64,000 bases of DNA from Convolutriloba macropyga (lineage: Eukaryota). A model generated the notes under the pieces. That model had not been told where the DNA came from. It ran no database searches and was given only the letters and a program-made list of their open reading frames with translations. Both the position numbers and the translations under genes were made by a program. This document shows, one piece after another, positions 1-12,617 of this stretch. The DNA lies in NCBI RefSeq assembly GCF_964194025.1, contig NC_134474.1, forward strand, positions 61,256,001 through 61,320,000, written 5' to 3'. Position 1 is the stretch's first letter, and every line of letters starts with the position of its first letter.

Positions 1-405
1 TACAATTTTTAAAAAGTATTTGCCTATAAATTTGATAATGTGTAGGAAAAAGTTGCTGAAACTTTACAATTTGTAAAATTAGATGCCTAAAAAATTGACA
101 ATTTGTAAGAGGATCATGGTTGAAATTTTACAATTTGTAAAAAGCAGAAGTTTAACATTTTACAATTTGTACAAAAAAAATAGAAGCTGAGTTTTTTTTA
201 CAATTTGTAACAAGTAGAAGTTCAGTTTTTTAACACTTTGTAAAATTGGATGCCTAAAAATTTGACAATTTGTAAGAGGAACGTAGTTGAATTTTTACAA
301 TTTGTAAAATGTAGAAGCTGAGTTTCTTACAATTTGTAAAAATTAGAAGCTGAGTTTTTTTACAATTTGTAAATAGTAGAAGCTGAGTTTTTTACAATTT
401 GTGAA
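1..405. repeat. Minisatellite, ~31-35 bp unit with palindromic core TTTACAA-T-TTGTAAA
   Basis: About 13 tandem units like ttttTACAATTTGTAAaagtagaagctgag; the array runs off the left edge of the window. Confidence 0.9.
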
Positions 406-809
406 AACTAAAAAAATGAGCAGCAAGACAAAAATAAGTAAAGCCTATTCGAATAAGCGACAACGCTAGGACAAAAGCAAAAATTTTAGTCGAGAAGGAG
501 CAACCAAATGACAGTTAGCAGCAGTGTGAGCACAATGATTTACTTGGAGCGAGGCAAAGCTAACCTCAACTTGCTGGTCAATACAACAACCAATCAGAAA
601 AAGTCTGGAAAGAAAATCCACAAAACAAAGAATTTAAGCATTGAGTCCTATCAGAAAAATTATCGAAAACGAAAAATTATCGAAAACGAAAAAGAATGAA
701 TGAAAAGTAGAGACAAAATTAACCAATCAGCTTTCTTCGCTAACTCAATTTGAAGTTCGACAACACAAAGCGAATCAACAAAAAGATTGGTTTTTATAGC
801 GAATCAAGT

Positions 810-995
810 TTTCAACAATTTGTAAAAAGTTTTTACATTTTGTAAAAATGAGTTGATCCGACAGACAGGTATCACGATAAAAAGATTTAGTTATTTTACA
901 TTTTGTAAAATTTCTACAAATTGTAAAAATTGTTCTAGTTTTAGTTTTTGAAAGATTCCTTGGAACGATGAAAGTTTTACAATTTGTAAAAAAAA
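810..995. repeat. Second cluster of TTTACA(A/T)TTTGTAAA palindromic motifs
   Basis: 5-6 copies of the same core, irregularly spaced. Confidence 0.75.
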
Positions 996-1063
996 TTGCA
1001 ATATGTACTGTTTGTTTGATTAAAATCTGACTATGTGCATGTATCAGTTGTTACGTATAAACG

Positions 1064-1065
1064 CG

Positions 1066-1104
<39 letters not shown>

Positions 1105-1157
1105 GTGGGTGGGTGTGTGTGTGTGTGTGTGGGGGGGGGGGGGTGGGTGGGTGTGGT
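1064..1157. repeat. (GT)n microsatellite with G run
   Basis: Directly visible. Confidence 0.95.
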
Positions 1158-1381
1158 TGATGGAGGGGGGTTACCCATCATTTTTAGTAATCAATTTTTT
1201 GATAACTTTTTTGATAATTTATTAGAAAACACGCAGCCTTTTTCGAATACGTAGATGAAATAAGTTAGGAATAGATTTGACTGTTTAGAGTGAGTTAAAT
1301 TGTTGAGGCAAAAATCAAGATTATGGCCGCGACTAAGGGCAATTGCTTCGCAACTCACTGCTTCAGAGGAACTGACAGAAG

Positions 1382-1980
1382 TCATTGATACTTGTCTGAA
1401 AAACATAGCACTATAACCTCAAATTTGTCACAATAAACAAAAGCAAGATCATACAAATTGATATCCGTTGGGAAAACTCGCTTATCTTCAATCTGCTTGG
1501 TTCTGGAAAGTTTATTATGTGTCTCCAATGGAGATTTCTGTAATCCTAATATGTATCTGAGATCATCGGAAAGATTTGTCAGATGAACACAGTCCTTCCA
1601 TTCGCATAGAACAACACCTTTGGACGTAAATTCTTTTCTCGGGAAAAATTGAAAATCGTTTTTACTTTCATCGAAAATAGATTCTTGTCCTCTAGATGAA
1701 TGGATTCCTTTTTCCATGCCATCAATCAATTCGAACACGCTATTGTACAAACCTTCAGGAACGCGAAAAATTGATAAGTGGATGCCAAGTTTTCCATTGA
1801 TATGGTCAAATTTACCTTCAACGACATTGCAGAACTTTTTGGGCAAGTTATGTTAGAGACGGAAATGGTCCACTGATTATCATCAAGTTATAGAGGTGCG
1901 CTGAGTGGTGTACGGAAGGACGCAAGTGTATTGTGAGGATAAAGCGTGTTGATATTCAGAGCTATGACAAATTAATGTGC
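1382..1980 (-). pseudogene. Decayed Polinton/Maverick (adintovirus-like) minor capsid (penton) gene
   Basis: Upstream of ORF 1382-1846 the minus strand reads YPHNTLASFRTPLSAPL*LDDNQWTISVSNIT, then a frameshift into LPKKFCNV...RVPEGLYNSVFELID...LAFVYCD. This fits the Polinton penton pattern YPxNTxxxFxxxLxxPLxLxxxWxVxLxxIxxP / IPxGxY / xxVYCD. One stop and frameshifts. Confidence 0.7.
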
Positions 1981-3958
1981 TTGCTCTAACAAACAGGAAG
2001 TGATTTTAGCAAACACGCATACTCACGCACGCATACACTCATACACAACACGCATACACTCATAAAATTACTCACAAATACAAACGCGCACTCAAAAGGG
2101 AACAATACGGCAGCTGAAAAAAGTGTGGGGAATTTTGACGCTATATGTTTAGCAAAAAAGTGAAAAAGGAAAATGAGTAAGCTTACTGTGTCATCTAAAA
2201 ATAGAGCAACATGATTAGTCGGGTAGGCTCCGAAAACCGAGAAAGAATGATTGTGCTGATTGGGTGCCGAGTATCACCCTATCGGCATAAGTATTCTTCT
2301 CTTAGTAATTCTGTTGTAGATACACACGACAAATCGACTAATTTCGCACAAAAATTTGCATGATTTTCACTGCATTTATCAAGTGCTCACACTGAAAATG
2401 GTGTAAATTGATGCAATATTTCGTGGAAATGAATTATTATTGTGTCCCTTTTTACGCGAGAAATTGGTTAATAATTCATTTTTTTGTTGAGGGACCCAAG
2501 TTCTTATTTTTTTGACGTTCTACCACGAAAACTGATCTCTTGTCTGTCGAAAATGAATTAATTATGTAAACTGGTAGAAATTAGTTGCCAATGTTAAACA
2601 CATGTAAAAACTGTATAGTTGTTAAAAAGTTTCCGTTCTCAATAGTTTCATTTTTGATTTTGGATATTCCAAATAGCCACATGCTGATAGATTTCGATCG
2701 AAAAAACTGTTTAGCAAATTCATTTTTCGGGCATCAAATGAAATAAGTGTAGGAAAGAACCAAGTCAATACTCTGCCAACAAATGGGGCTTTCTCTCAAC
2801 AATTGTTGCCTAAAGAAGTTGAGCCATTTTCGCTGGCAGGCTCTCCACGTCACCTGTTCGCACGTCAACGTTTTCTCTCAAGTAGTATTGAAATAGTAAC
2901 TCAGTTCCAAGCTATACCAAAACTGTCGATTACAACAATTGAGAGTTAGAAATTTGCGCAGGGTTGACCAAATCGTTGTCCAACCTCATATAATTCCCAC
3001 GGAAAAATCTCGAAGATTGACAGAGACGATCAATATTGCAGTTTCGTTGCAGTATTTCAAGAACGGAAGTTAAAGGATAAGTCTACCATGTTACTAGTAG
3101 CCCTAAGGAATAACTGGCCTATATTTTTGAAGCCAAATGAGTTGATTTCGTACATATACAATTTTTACTATAAAGCAGAAAAAGCTATCATGGGTTCGTC
3201 TTTGAGAATTTTATCAATTTTTACTTAACAAGAGGAGTATATAGTGTTACTATTTGGAAGCTCAATGTGAATAGCAATACGCTGTTTTCCTAAGCGAGTG
3301 ATAATTTGTTTAGTGCTTAGTGGTAGTGGTGATAATTAACGCACTTATAATTTCGCTCTGTTCTTGATTAACTATCCATTCCTTTTCTAGCAGCTCTTTA
3401 ATACTACAGCTCACCCCGATTTATAGAAGTAACTGGATTAACAACAAGGGAGTGTAAGTACTTTCAGTGAGGCCAATTTAGGTGTTTTTGAGTTTGGAAT
3501 GGTGTCAGGGCATGTGGAAATGATGGTTGATGATCAATGAATTAGAAGAATTGAGGTTGAATTGTCACAAGTTACAGTTAAGTGAAGTGAATTCTGCAGT
3601 GAAATGTTAAGGGCTTGTGCTCAGTTGCTATTTGTCAAACAGGGATAATGTAAAGGTACGACCGAAAGGCAATAGAATTTTTGGATACAAAAGATTGCAA
3701 AGGGCGATGAGTTTTAGTCAGTTAAGAAATTGAATTGCAAACGACTATATACAAATACTGCCAGAGGGAATGAAATGGTGACGCTAGATTTAGAAGGTAC
3801 CTCAAGCAACTTAAGCCTACTTAAATGCTGTCGCAAGTGATGAAGGAAATGAGATGCGAATGATAAGGATGAGACAAATTCTTCAAATTCTTTCCCTAGA
3901 ATTACAGGGCTGGGAATTTTGTCGTTGGTGTTGGGCAGCACAACCACCTCTATGACTT

Positions 3959-4377
3959 TCTAGCAACCCCACCCGTTACTTTTATTTAAAACTCAAATAT
4001 TTCTATACGCATGGGTTCGACTTGGGTTGTTATGAAAAATGGTTACCAGAAAATCTCTAAGTCTTATTGTTAAATACACTTTTTTAACTCACATGGTTTT
4101 CTCTAAGATTTGGTTTGAATAACAATTGAGTCAAAAGAATTCAATTCTAAGCGCCGGCTTGATATTAAGTAAGAAATCAGAACAGTGAAATAGAAATTTA
4201 TGTACAATCGAATATTGAGAGTTTCTCCGCCTCGGGGGGTTTGCACCACATTTTACCCATAAGCGTTCAATTTCTGACTTGTATAAAGTACAACTTATTA
4301 AGAACGACCAACGAAATCTCAACTACCAAGCTGGAATAACTAAGCGAAATGACTCACCAGAATCTTGGGTTGTTACA
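3959..4377 (-). repeat. 3' LTR of Gypsy element 1
   Basis: Starts TGTAACAACCC on the minus strand, ends GCTAGA; direct repeat of 12618-13039. Confidence 0.93.
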
Positions 4378-4390
4378 TCCCTCCCTTCCC
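4378..4390 (-). promoter_or_regulatory. Polypurine tract (PPT) of element 1
   Basis: GGGAAGGGAGGGA on the minus strand abutting the 3' LTR. Confidence 0.85.
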
Positions 4391-4529
4391 AGAGAGAATA
4401 CGTCCAGGTGCGGTAATGAAACGTCGTAAGTAAAGAGGTAATAGTTACACACCAGTAAAAATTATAATAAAAAAGCGGAACTAGACTAACAGTACCAACT
4501 GTTTTGAAATTTGTGAGAGAATTTAAGAA

Positions 4530-5600
4530 TTACCAAACTATTTTTTTTATTAGTCTACTGTTTAGTTTTCGTCGGAGGAAGAAGACGATTGGCTGGAGGC
4601 CAGCCTCCTTCGTGGTTTTTTTCTATACCTGGTTTCTGGGTTTTTCAGCGGTAACTACTGCCGAGTATATGCTATCAATTTTTGATTGTAGCAGGTCCAA
4701 CTGCCTCTTGTTATTGGTACCGTTACTGCCTGACGACTCCAGTCTTGGTCTGTTTCTTTCCTTTCTTAGTCGATCATTTTCTCTCCTTAGTTTCTCTGTT
4801 TCGTCTTTTTCAGTTTCTAAGTCCTCTTGTAGTTTTCATTACTTCTTTTTCCTCTTCCAACGAGTACTCGGATTGAAGTATTTCTTCGTCTGCTCCAGTA
4901 ATTTTTGATTTGAGTTCCATCCTTTCCTTGATGTTTTCATTTTCCGTTTTTAAACATTTCATTTCCATTAGTAAAGCCTACTTTTCTTTCTCAGCTGACC
5001 GCAGCTGTTGGGTTGATCTATGTAGATCTTTTTGCAAAGTTAATACCCTTTCTTCAAAAACTGCATTTTCTCCTTAAAGCACCAGCTTCCTCAGGAGTCA
5101 GAAATCCATCCAATTTTAGGAGTACCAACTCCTGATGATTTCTGCTTCTTGATTTCGGGTCATTCTGTAGGAGACACCTAGCTTTTCCTCCACCAAGGTT
5201 TTTTTGTATAAGCATAGGTGCTCGGTCTGTCAAACTGAAGGCAATAATGCCTTCCTTGTGCTCCGGCTTTATTCGACTTTCTCCAGAAAGTCGTTTTTCT
5301 TTTTTAGAGGACTTACTTTTGGGACATTAAACTTCACCTTCTTGGGTATACGGTATATGCACATCAGTGCTTCGTCTTCTGTTTCCTGTTTTGTCGGTGA
5401 GGGCACTATTACAGTAGTTGATTCGGCAGGCGAAGGCCGCGCCAAGGACTTATTTCTTGAGGGTGGAACATTAGTTTTAATTGGAGGTTCTGTTGGCACC
5501 GAGCCAAGATTGATATCTGGGATCTCTACTTATAGAGGGACACATAAATTAGGTATATCGGCCTCGAAAAGACCCCTAGTCCTCTCGGCTTTTCGACCCA
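4530..5600 (-). pseudogene. Decayed accessory ORF of element 1 (Pro/Ser/Thr-rich, then long coiled coil)
   Basis: Minus strand PTEPPIKTNVPPSRNKSLARPSP... then ENAVFEERVLTLQKDLHRSTQQLRSAEKEK*ALLMEMKCLKTENENIKERMELK...EKLRRENDRLRKER; several stops. Confidence 0.5.
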
Positions 5601-5739
5601 ACTACCTTCGTAAATAGGGCTAAATAATGATAACGGATCATTATCATTCAACGGGCTATTGAGAATCTCTCAAAGAGATCAGTTGTTGTCGTTGTGGTTG
5701 TTGTTGCTGCTGCTGTTGAATGCCATTCTAAATAAAAAA

Positions 5740-7459
5740 CTATATCCTTCTGGTTTCAGATTGTATAGCCACTATCCTTTCTGTAGAATAGAGGCTATCT
5801 CTTACTACATTAGGAGGCACTGCCTCCAGCAGTGGTTCATTCGGAACACTAGAAACAGGATCGTGTAGTTGCATTACCTCACGATGACCATCCATGGTCC
5901 TGAGAAACAGAGCGAACGGATTCATAAGCGATGCGACGGTACTACAAGGAACGCCGTATGTTAGAAGTCAAAGGGAATTCCGAACGACGGAATGATCACT
6001 TCCATAGTGCATCCATACGCCTTCAGCAGTTTTATACATATAAGGCGCAATAGGATCACAAGATGTTAGTGTATAGTTAGGGTAAACAATTTGAGTGATG
6101 GGATTCATAAATTTTATGTTCGTTGAATTATCCATAATGACAGGTACTTCCTCAGTGCAGTAAGGGAAATCAGCTATATGTACTGCTACCTTAGCACATT
6201 TATGTACATTTAACACTACACCAGCTTTCTCTGCATAAAATCCCAACATAGAGCCTGCCCCAAGGAACAAATTGGGATTGTCAAGATTAGAAGCGAGAGA
6301 CATTAATCCGTTTAGAATCATTTGTCTCGCTTTACAAATCTCCTGTTTGATGAAATTGACAATCCGTTGTCTTGAGAGGTGAGCACTTACTTGCACAAAT
6401 TCTATCTTAGTTCCATAGAACAGATTGGGAATTGCATCAACGTTAAAATCCACTGGTGGAATTTTCTGTTTGATTTGCCTCAATTACCAAGTACACACCT
6501 GTGTATGTTGTTGGTTTGACTCTATAGGAACAAACTGTTAGAGTAGTGTTGAGTACCTCTACGTAAAACACTCTGGAGTTCGAACCCTCGGTTGTTTCTC
6601 CGCTAATGTATTCCGCTCCTTTAGATCTTATGAGGACACCTTTGTCATCTTCATTAAACATCAAAATAGATTTCATTTCACATTGTCCATAAAAATGAGC
6701 CACTGAATCATCAATAAAATCTGAGCCAGGAAACATGCATGAAGTTTTCTGATCCACAGGATCCTGCATTACAAGCTACCATGGCGTTGATGTTTTGTCT
6801 AGGGAAGCAATCAACTTTCCTATGACTATTTCTCCAGTAATTGCTACCGAGCCAAATATTACTGAACCCTTGGGTGTTTTCCATTCCACACCATCAGCCT
6901 ATCGATAGCCAACTTTCGAACCTCCTCGGTTGAATCTAGCGGTAAAATTAAAGTATTTTTGCTCCCCAGCTTTCGATTCTCGACCATCGACAATTGAATT
7001 TTCCTTCTTCCAACTTAAATCTGGAATTGGGAAATCTTGGTAGTGTGAACTCCTAATTGCTACCGAGCCAAATATTACTGAACCCGTGGGTGTTTTCCAT
7101 TCCACACCATCAGCCTATCGATAGCCAACTTTCGAACCTCCTCGGTTGAATCTAGCGGTAAAATTAAAGTATTTTTGCTCCCCAGCTTTCAATTCTCGAC
7201 CATCGACAATTGAATTTTCCTTTTTCCAACTTAAATCTGGAATTGGGAAATCTTGGTAGTGTGAAATCTTGGTAGTGTGGTTCGTCCAAATAGCACAAGT
7301 CCAAGTTTCAATTGGATAGTAAGTCGGGATCAACCTTGATTCTTCTGCAATAAATATTGTTGCATCATCTAATCTGTTTAAATGAGCAATTTTCCAGACA
7401 TAAGAAGCACGGTACAAAAAACTCAAGTCAATGTCAACTTCGGTGCATGTAATACTCAA
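5740..7459 (-). pseudogene. env: Env-like glycoprotein, class III fusion (gB/chuvirus G-like), decayed
   Basis: Third gene downstream of integrase. Motifs EICKARQMIL...AGVVLNVHKCAKVAV...CTEEVPV...FMNPITQIVYPNYTLTSCDPIAP...W, later LYSTERI; N-glycosylation sequons (NTT, NQT, NST, NYT); stops and frameshifts. Confidence 0.72.
6838..7265. repeat. 216-bp-period tandem duplication inside env-like gene
   Basis: 6838-7049 is nearly identical to 7054-7265. Confidence 0.95.
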
Positions 7460-7789
7460 CCACCATAGGTTATATTTTCAGTATCTAACTTATCAGGTGA
7501 ACACCTGTCGGAAAGCATCAATGAATATATCTTTGTTGACAAAACTTGCTCAATGTCGTATCCAATCAGTATTCCCGTTGCTGACAGAGATGTGGTTGTT
7601 GAACTTGATTAGACCCCTCATCAGGTTCAAACAAAAGTAAGTAATTATCATCTGACTGTTTTTCAACATCTACACTAGGTTGTTCGGTTGTTATTTTAGA
7701 AAATGCAACGTGTTTATCTGAGGGCATATTTTTAGGGAGCGAAATACGTTTATCCTTGAAACTATTGTTATAATGTTTAATACGATCCT

Positions 7790-10700
7790 AGTGCACAATG
7801 CTCTTTTTGCGATAATTGGAGTTTTGCACGATAAAATTAGCATCGTTAATTTTCTTTTTAATAACATACGGACCACTCCAATGGCTTTTAAGTTTGTCGA
7901 TTGACCTTTTTCGTGAGTGCAGCAATACGAGGTCTTGTTCTTTAAAAGATGGACCGTAATTTTTTTTGTGGAATGTCAGTTTTTGCCTACGGTGCCCCAG
8001 AGCAGATTTTGAACGCACACTCAAAAAGTTGTGATTTATGAACCAACTTGTCTTGGATTGCCGACTGAAAATTTTGAGGACTGCGAAAGTCCGTCGAGGT
8101 TGGATATAAAAAGTCAATGGGAATTCTAATTTCCTGCCCAAAAAGAACTCTAAAAGGTGTTTGACCAGTAGCTTCATGAACGGCTGACCTGTTGCCATCA
8201 TAAAAGCTTGAAATAGCTCAGACCACTGAGTTTGATTTTCTTCAATATTTTGCTAACCCATGCTCTACTGTTCTATTGATTCGCTCAACTGTAGCGTTAC
8301 CCTGTGGATGATAGGGTGTGGTAAGTCGGCTCCATTCCCAGTTTATAACAAACATATTTATATAGCTTTGAAGTAAATTGGACACCATTGTCACTGTGAG
8401 TGTACTCTGGGACACAAACCGTGTTATCCATGCATCAATAAGAGCATCAAAGACAGTATTTGCTTTTATGTCCTGCGAAAGAATTGCCTCGAACCATCGA
8501 GAAAAATTATCACCAATCATGAAGATATATTTATGTTCTTTGCTAATAGGCAATGGACCTAAGATGTCGAAAGATATCTAATAAAATGGTTGTGAGGCGA
8601 GCCATATTAACATCGGCATACGGTGTTTTTGTTTTGGACCGTTCCGTTTCTTACCTTGGTCGCAACTAGAGACCCAAGCCTCAACATCTCTTTTGACACC
8701 AATCCAATAAAAATTGTTTCCGAACACGTTGCAGGGTCTTAGTGATACCTAAATGATCGGCTGCTTTGTCATTATGAAGCATAGTTAAAATTTTTGAAAC
8801 TTCAATATTTGGCGCACAAAGTTGATAATTTGTATTGAACCGTCAGTTTCAACTATTTGGCGGTAAATACAGTCATCTATCATTGTTAAGGACTCAAATT
8901 GATGTTAATAACCTATCAAGTCTGTTGGCTCTCCAAAGAGTTCTGACCTTCGAGGGCGATTCTGAGAGATTAACCAATTACGAACCTTTCCCAATGTGTA
9001 TTCATCTGCTTGTGCCTTAGCAAAAGGAACCTCAGCCTCTGTTGAGGACTCTAAGATAACTGCTGATATTTTATATCAATTGTCGTTCATGCGCGACAAA
9101 GCATCTGGATGTGATTTTTGTGTTCCCGGTCGATGTTTTATCTCAAAATCACACAAACTTAGTTTTTCTATCCATCTTGCTACCAAGCCATCAGGTTTTT
9201 TTGAAAGAATATAACCAATCTAGAGCCCGGTGATCAGTTATTACATCAAAATTTTGACTAATGGGATGCTCTCGAAAATAATGGTTAAAATAAACAACTG
9301 CGTACAATTCCCGCTTTGTTGCAGAATAGTTATGCTGAATCTTTTGTTAAGTTTTACGAGCATACGCTATATTTTTAAAATAGCCACCTTGGTTCTGGGA
9401 ACGAACAGCTCCGATACCAGACAGAGACTTATCAGTACAAAAGACAAAAGTATCAGTCTCCGTAGGAGAGCCCAAAATTGGGGCGTTCAGCATTGTGTTT
9501 TTCAAAGACTGAAAAGCTTTATCGCAACCCTCCGTCCAATGGAATCGTTTTTCTTTATTCAATAGGTTATACAAAGGTTGCGCTATTTTACCAAAACTTG
9601 GTATAAACTTCCGGTAAAATCCTGTTAGTCCTAAAAATGCACGCACCTGCTTCACCGTTTTAGGTACTGGGTATGAGTTAACAACGGCTATTTTAGATGG
9701 ATCGGTTTGAATTCCAACCTTGGAAATAATGTGACCCAAGAAAAGGATAGAATTTTGAAAAAGTTTACATTTTGAGGGCGATGTTTTTAATTTTGCCTCC
9801 TCTATTCTACCTATAGTGATACCTAAGTTTTTCAGGTGTTCCTCAAACGACCTGCCGTAAACAATGATGTCATCTATTTACACCAGAACAATTTGGTATG
9901 TCAATCCTGTTAAGACCAGTACCATCAATCTTTGAAAAGCACCAGGTGCATTACAAAGTCCCATTGGCCTTCGTCTCCATTGGTACAAGCCAAATGAAGT
10001 TATAAAAGAAGTAAAATGTTGATCTTCTTCTATTTCCATCTGATGGAAACTCGTTGCTAAATCAAGATTTGAAAAGTAGCAGCTACCTTGTAAGCTTCCA
10101 GAAGTTCTTGAATCCGTGGCAACGGCCATGATGTCTTCACAGTCTGGGAATTCAGTTTCCTGTAGTCTATGACCAACCGATAACTACAATCTTTCTTTGG
10201 AACTAACACTGTTGGCGCTGCCCATTCCGAATGTGTCGGCTCTATTAGGTCTTTTGTCAGTAGGTTATTGACAAACTTTTTAGAGCCTTCCGTTTTGTTG
10301 GATTCATTGCCCGATATGGGACCATACTTGGTTGGGCATTTTTTAACTTGATTTGAAGTTTATGCAAATCACATCTTCCAAGATCCCATTTTTCTCGCGC
10401 AAACACATGTGAGTACTGCTCAAGTAGTTTCTGTGCCGCCTGACGTTGCTCATTATTAAGTTTTGCAAGTCCTCTGCAAAAATTATGTCAAATGATGGCT
10501 GAACACCTTCACCAGGAAGATTCAGAGAACTAACAACACAATTCGTGGGTGCTTCACTTAAAACTGCAACTTTCTGGTTGTACAATGTAATGTTGCTTTT
10601 TGTAGGATTCAAGATCCTATTGTAAATTTCACGACGGTCTTTGGGTACCGTTACAATTGCTGATGCAATTAAGTACATTTCATTATGGTTTTGCAATGGC

Positions 10701-11269
10701 TAAATCAAGCCAATGAAACCATTAGTACTGGTAGACCCCAGCAAAATTGGTTGTTTGAATTAAAAACGGTTGGACGTAGCCTTACATAAAACAAGACTTT
10801 CACTTCTTTGGGGAAGCATTGTGTTAACAAGGTATACTGAACTTCCCTTTGGTCCACTAGACGTAGTAGTGGGCGGACTAATACATTCTAAAATTCCTTC
10901 CTTGACATCTAACTGACCCAAAAAGAACTATGTCGCACTTTTGTTGACGTAGCAAATCCATTCCCAGAGTTACTGGTACACTCATGTCAACAGCTACATA
11001 GAAAGTTCCAACAAACTTTGCGCTGCCGTTGAACCATTCACACAATAAACGAGTTTTTCCCAAAAAAAAAGCGGCACTCCGTTTACAGAGGCGGCTTGTA
11101 TGTCAGATGACTCCAAGCATCCAAGGGAAGAATCCATCCTCGCCAGAGTTGATTCTCGTATCACACTGATAAGGGCTCCAGAATCTATTAGAGCGGTCAA
11201 GAGAATATTCGATATTTTAAGACGGGTGAGGAGGGATTGAATCCCGTATATTGGGTCCAGTTGTGTCAT
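7790..11269 (-). pseudogene. pol: pol of Gypsy element 1 (protease, RT, RNase H, integrase)
   Basis: LIDSGA protease; LDLATSFHQ / MGLCNAPGAFQRLM / V*IDDIIV RT; VRAFLGLTGFYRKFI; CTDKS RNase H; GPLP, TTPYHPQGNATVER and WSGPY integrase; many frameshifts. Confidence 0.93.
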
Positions 11270-12372
11270 TTAGTAAACACGACAAGACAAAATTACCTTC
11301 TGTATTATTTCTTTTTTATTACGTGTTTGCTTGTGCACAGTTTCTTGTGTGAGAACTATATCCACATGACCAACAGTTGAGACAATTTTTTTTAGTGTGC
11401 CCTTTACGGTTGCACTTATAGCAAACAATTTTTTATTAAAATTAACGCGTCGGTTGACGCTTGGTGAGCGAGATGAATTAAAGAGGTCTTCAAGGCGAGC
11501 GCAAATTAGAATTTCTACGGAATGCAGATGATGAGAAACCCGTATCATTCTTTTGATTATATTTGTACCTCTCCCTAGAGTTATATTGATTTCGAGAAAA
11601 CCCCTGTCTTGGTGATTGAAAATGTTTGTTTGACTTATATGGTCGACTCGGTCGCCTAGAGTCTCTCCCGGAGTTAGAGTTAATTTGACTGATAGCCAAC
11701 TTATTCATCATCGAATCCATTCGGATGATAAGTCTATCAATTGATCCTACTCCGTGAGGACTACTATTTAAACCATTATTAACGCCGCCTTGGCTTGGAA
11801 TCTCTAACCTGTAGATTGCATCCAAATGCACGGCTCTTTTAAAAGCATGCGCCAGGAAAATATCTTTTTTTTCCTAATTTCTAATCTAACATTCTGATCA
11901 AGCAATACTCCTAAGAGAGCTTGCATAACAAGGTGTTCTCTGATTTCCTCAGAATCATCAGGATATTATTTTTAGCAAGAAGTTTTCGATCTGCCGAGAA
12001 CTCAGTAACTTTCTCAGACTGTCCTTGAGTTCGTTTTCTAAGTGCTCGTCTGAAAAATTCCAGGGGTTCTAAATGTTGTTTCTCAAATGCACTCCGAAGG
12101 CTTTTGTAATCATTTTTATTCTTATAGTCTAGCGAATGATAAAACTCTATTGCACCAGCTGTTAACCTAAGTGGGAAAATCTGATGTCTTTTATCAATGT
12201 ATAGCTGATTATCATCACCATCCAACTGAGGATTACAGTCAGCGTCTTTACGAGGCGCCAACCAACTTTGCAAATTACTTAACTCAAATTGAGTGATATA
12301 TGCCGATATATCTCCCGTGCCATTAAGAGGTTCCGGTAAAAGCATACGAGCGGTATCCGATGACGCGGCCAT
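11270..12372 (-). pseudogene. gag: gag of Gypsy element 1
   Basis: MAASSDTARMLLPEPLNGTGDISAYITQFEL... followed by a frameshifted CCHC knuckle CYKCNRKGHTKKNC near 11380-11425. Confidence 0.85.
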
Positions 12373-12607
12373 CTTGGCACGCGGCCTCCTTTTAATCGTT
12401 CAACGTTTGGTTTCGAACAAACTACTACCACTAAGTGCGCTGCAGTTAAATTTCATTGATTGCTTCTGGTTATGGTTAAATTATTTTGTTCTCCAGAATA
12501 AAATATTAAGTTACAGTATAATTTGTGTTAATCAAAAGATGTCATTCTAAGACAATTTGTATTTTGAAAACTAGTCTGATTATTCTAGGGGAGGGTTTTA
12601 GGAACTC

Positions 12608-12616
12608 CTGCCACCA
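12608..12616 (-). promoter_or_regulatory. Primer binding site, probably tRNA-Leu
   Basis: TGGTGGCAG one nt inside the 5' LTR; complementary to a ...CUGCCACCA tRNA 3' end typical of tRNA-Leu. Confidence 0.7.
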
Positions 12617-12617
12617 A

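Noticed and set aside
1-405. CRISPR-like array (palindromic repeats at regular spacing)
   Set aside because: The linkers are similar to each other rather than unique, the period is only ~32 bp, there are no cas genes, and the context is eukaryotic
1033-1254. ORF with CVCVCV repeats
   Set aside because: Translation of a (GT)n microsatellite
4504-5617. Plus-strand hydrophobic ORFs (4504-4908, 5204-5617) as membrane proteins
   Set aside because: Antisense shadows of the E/K-rich minus-strand relic
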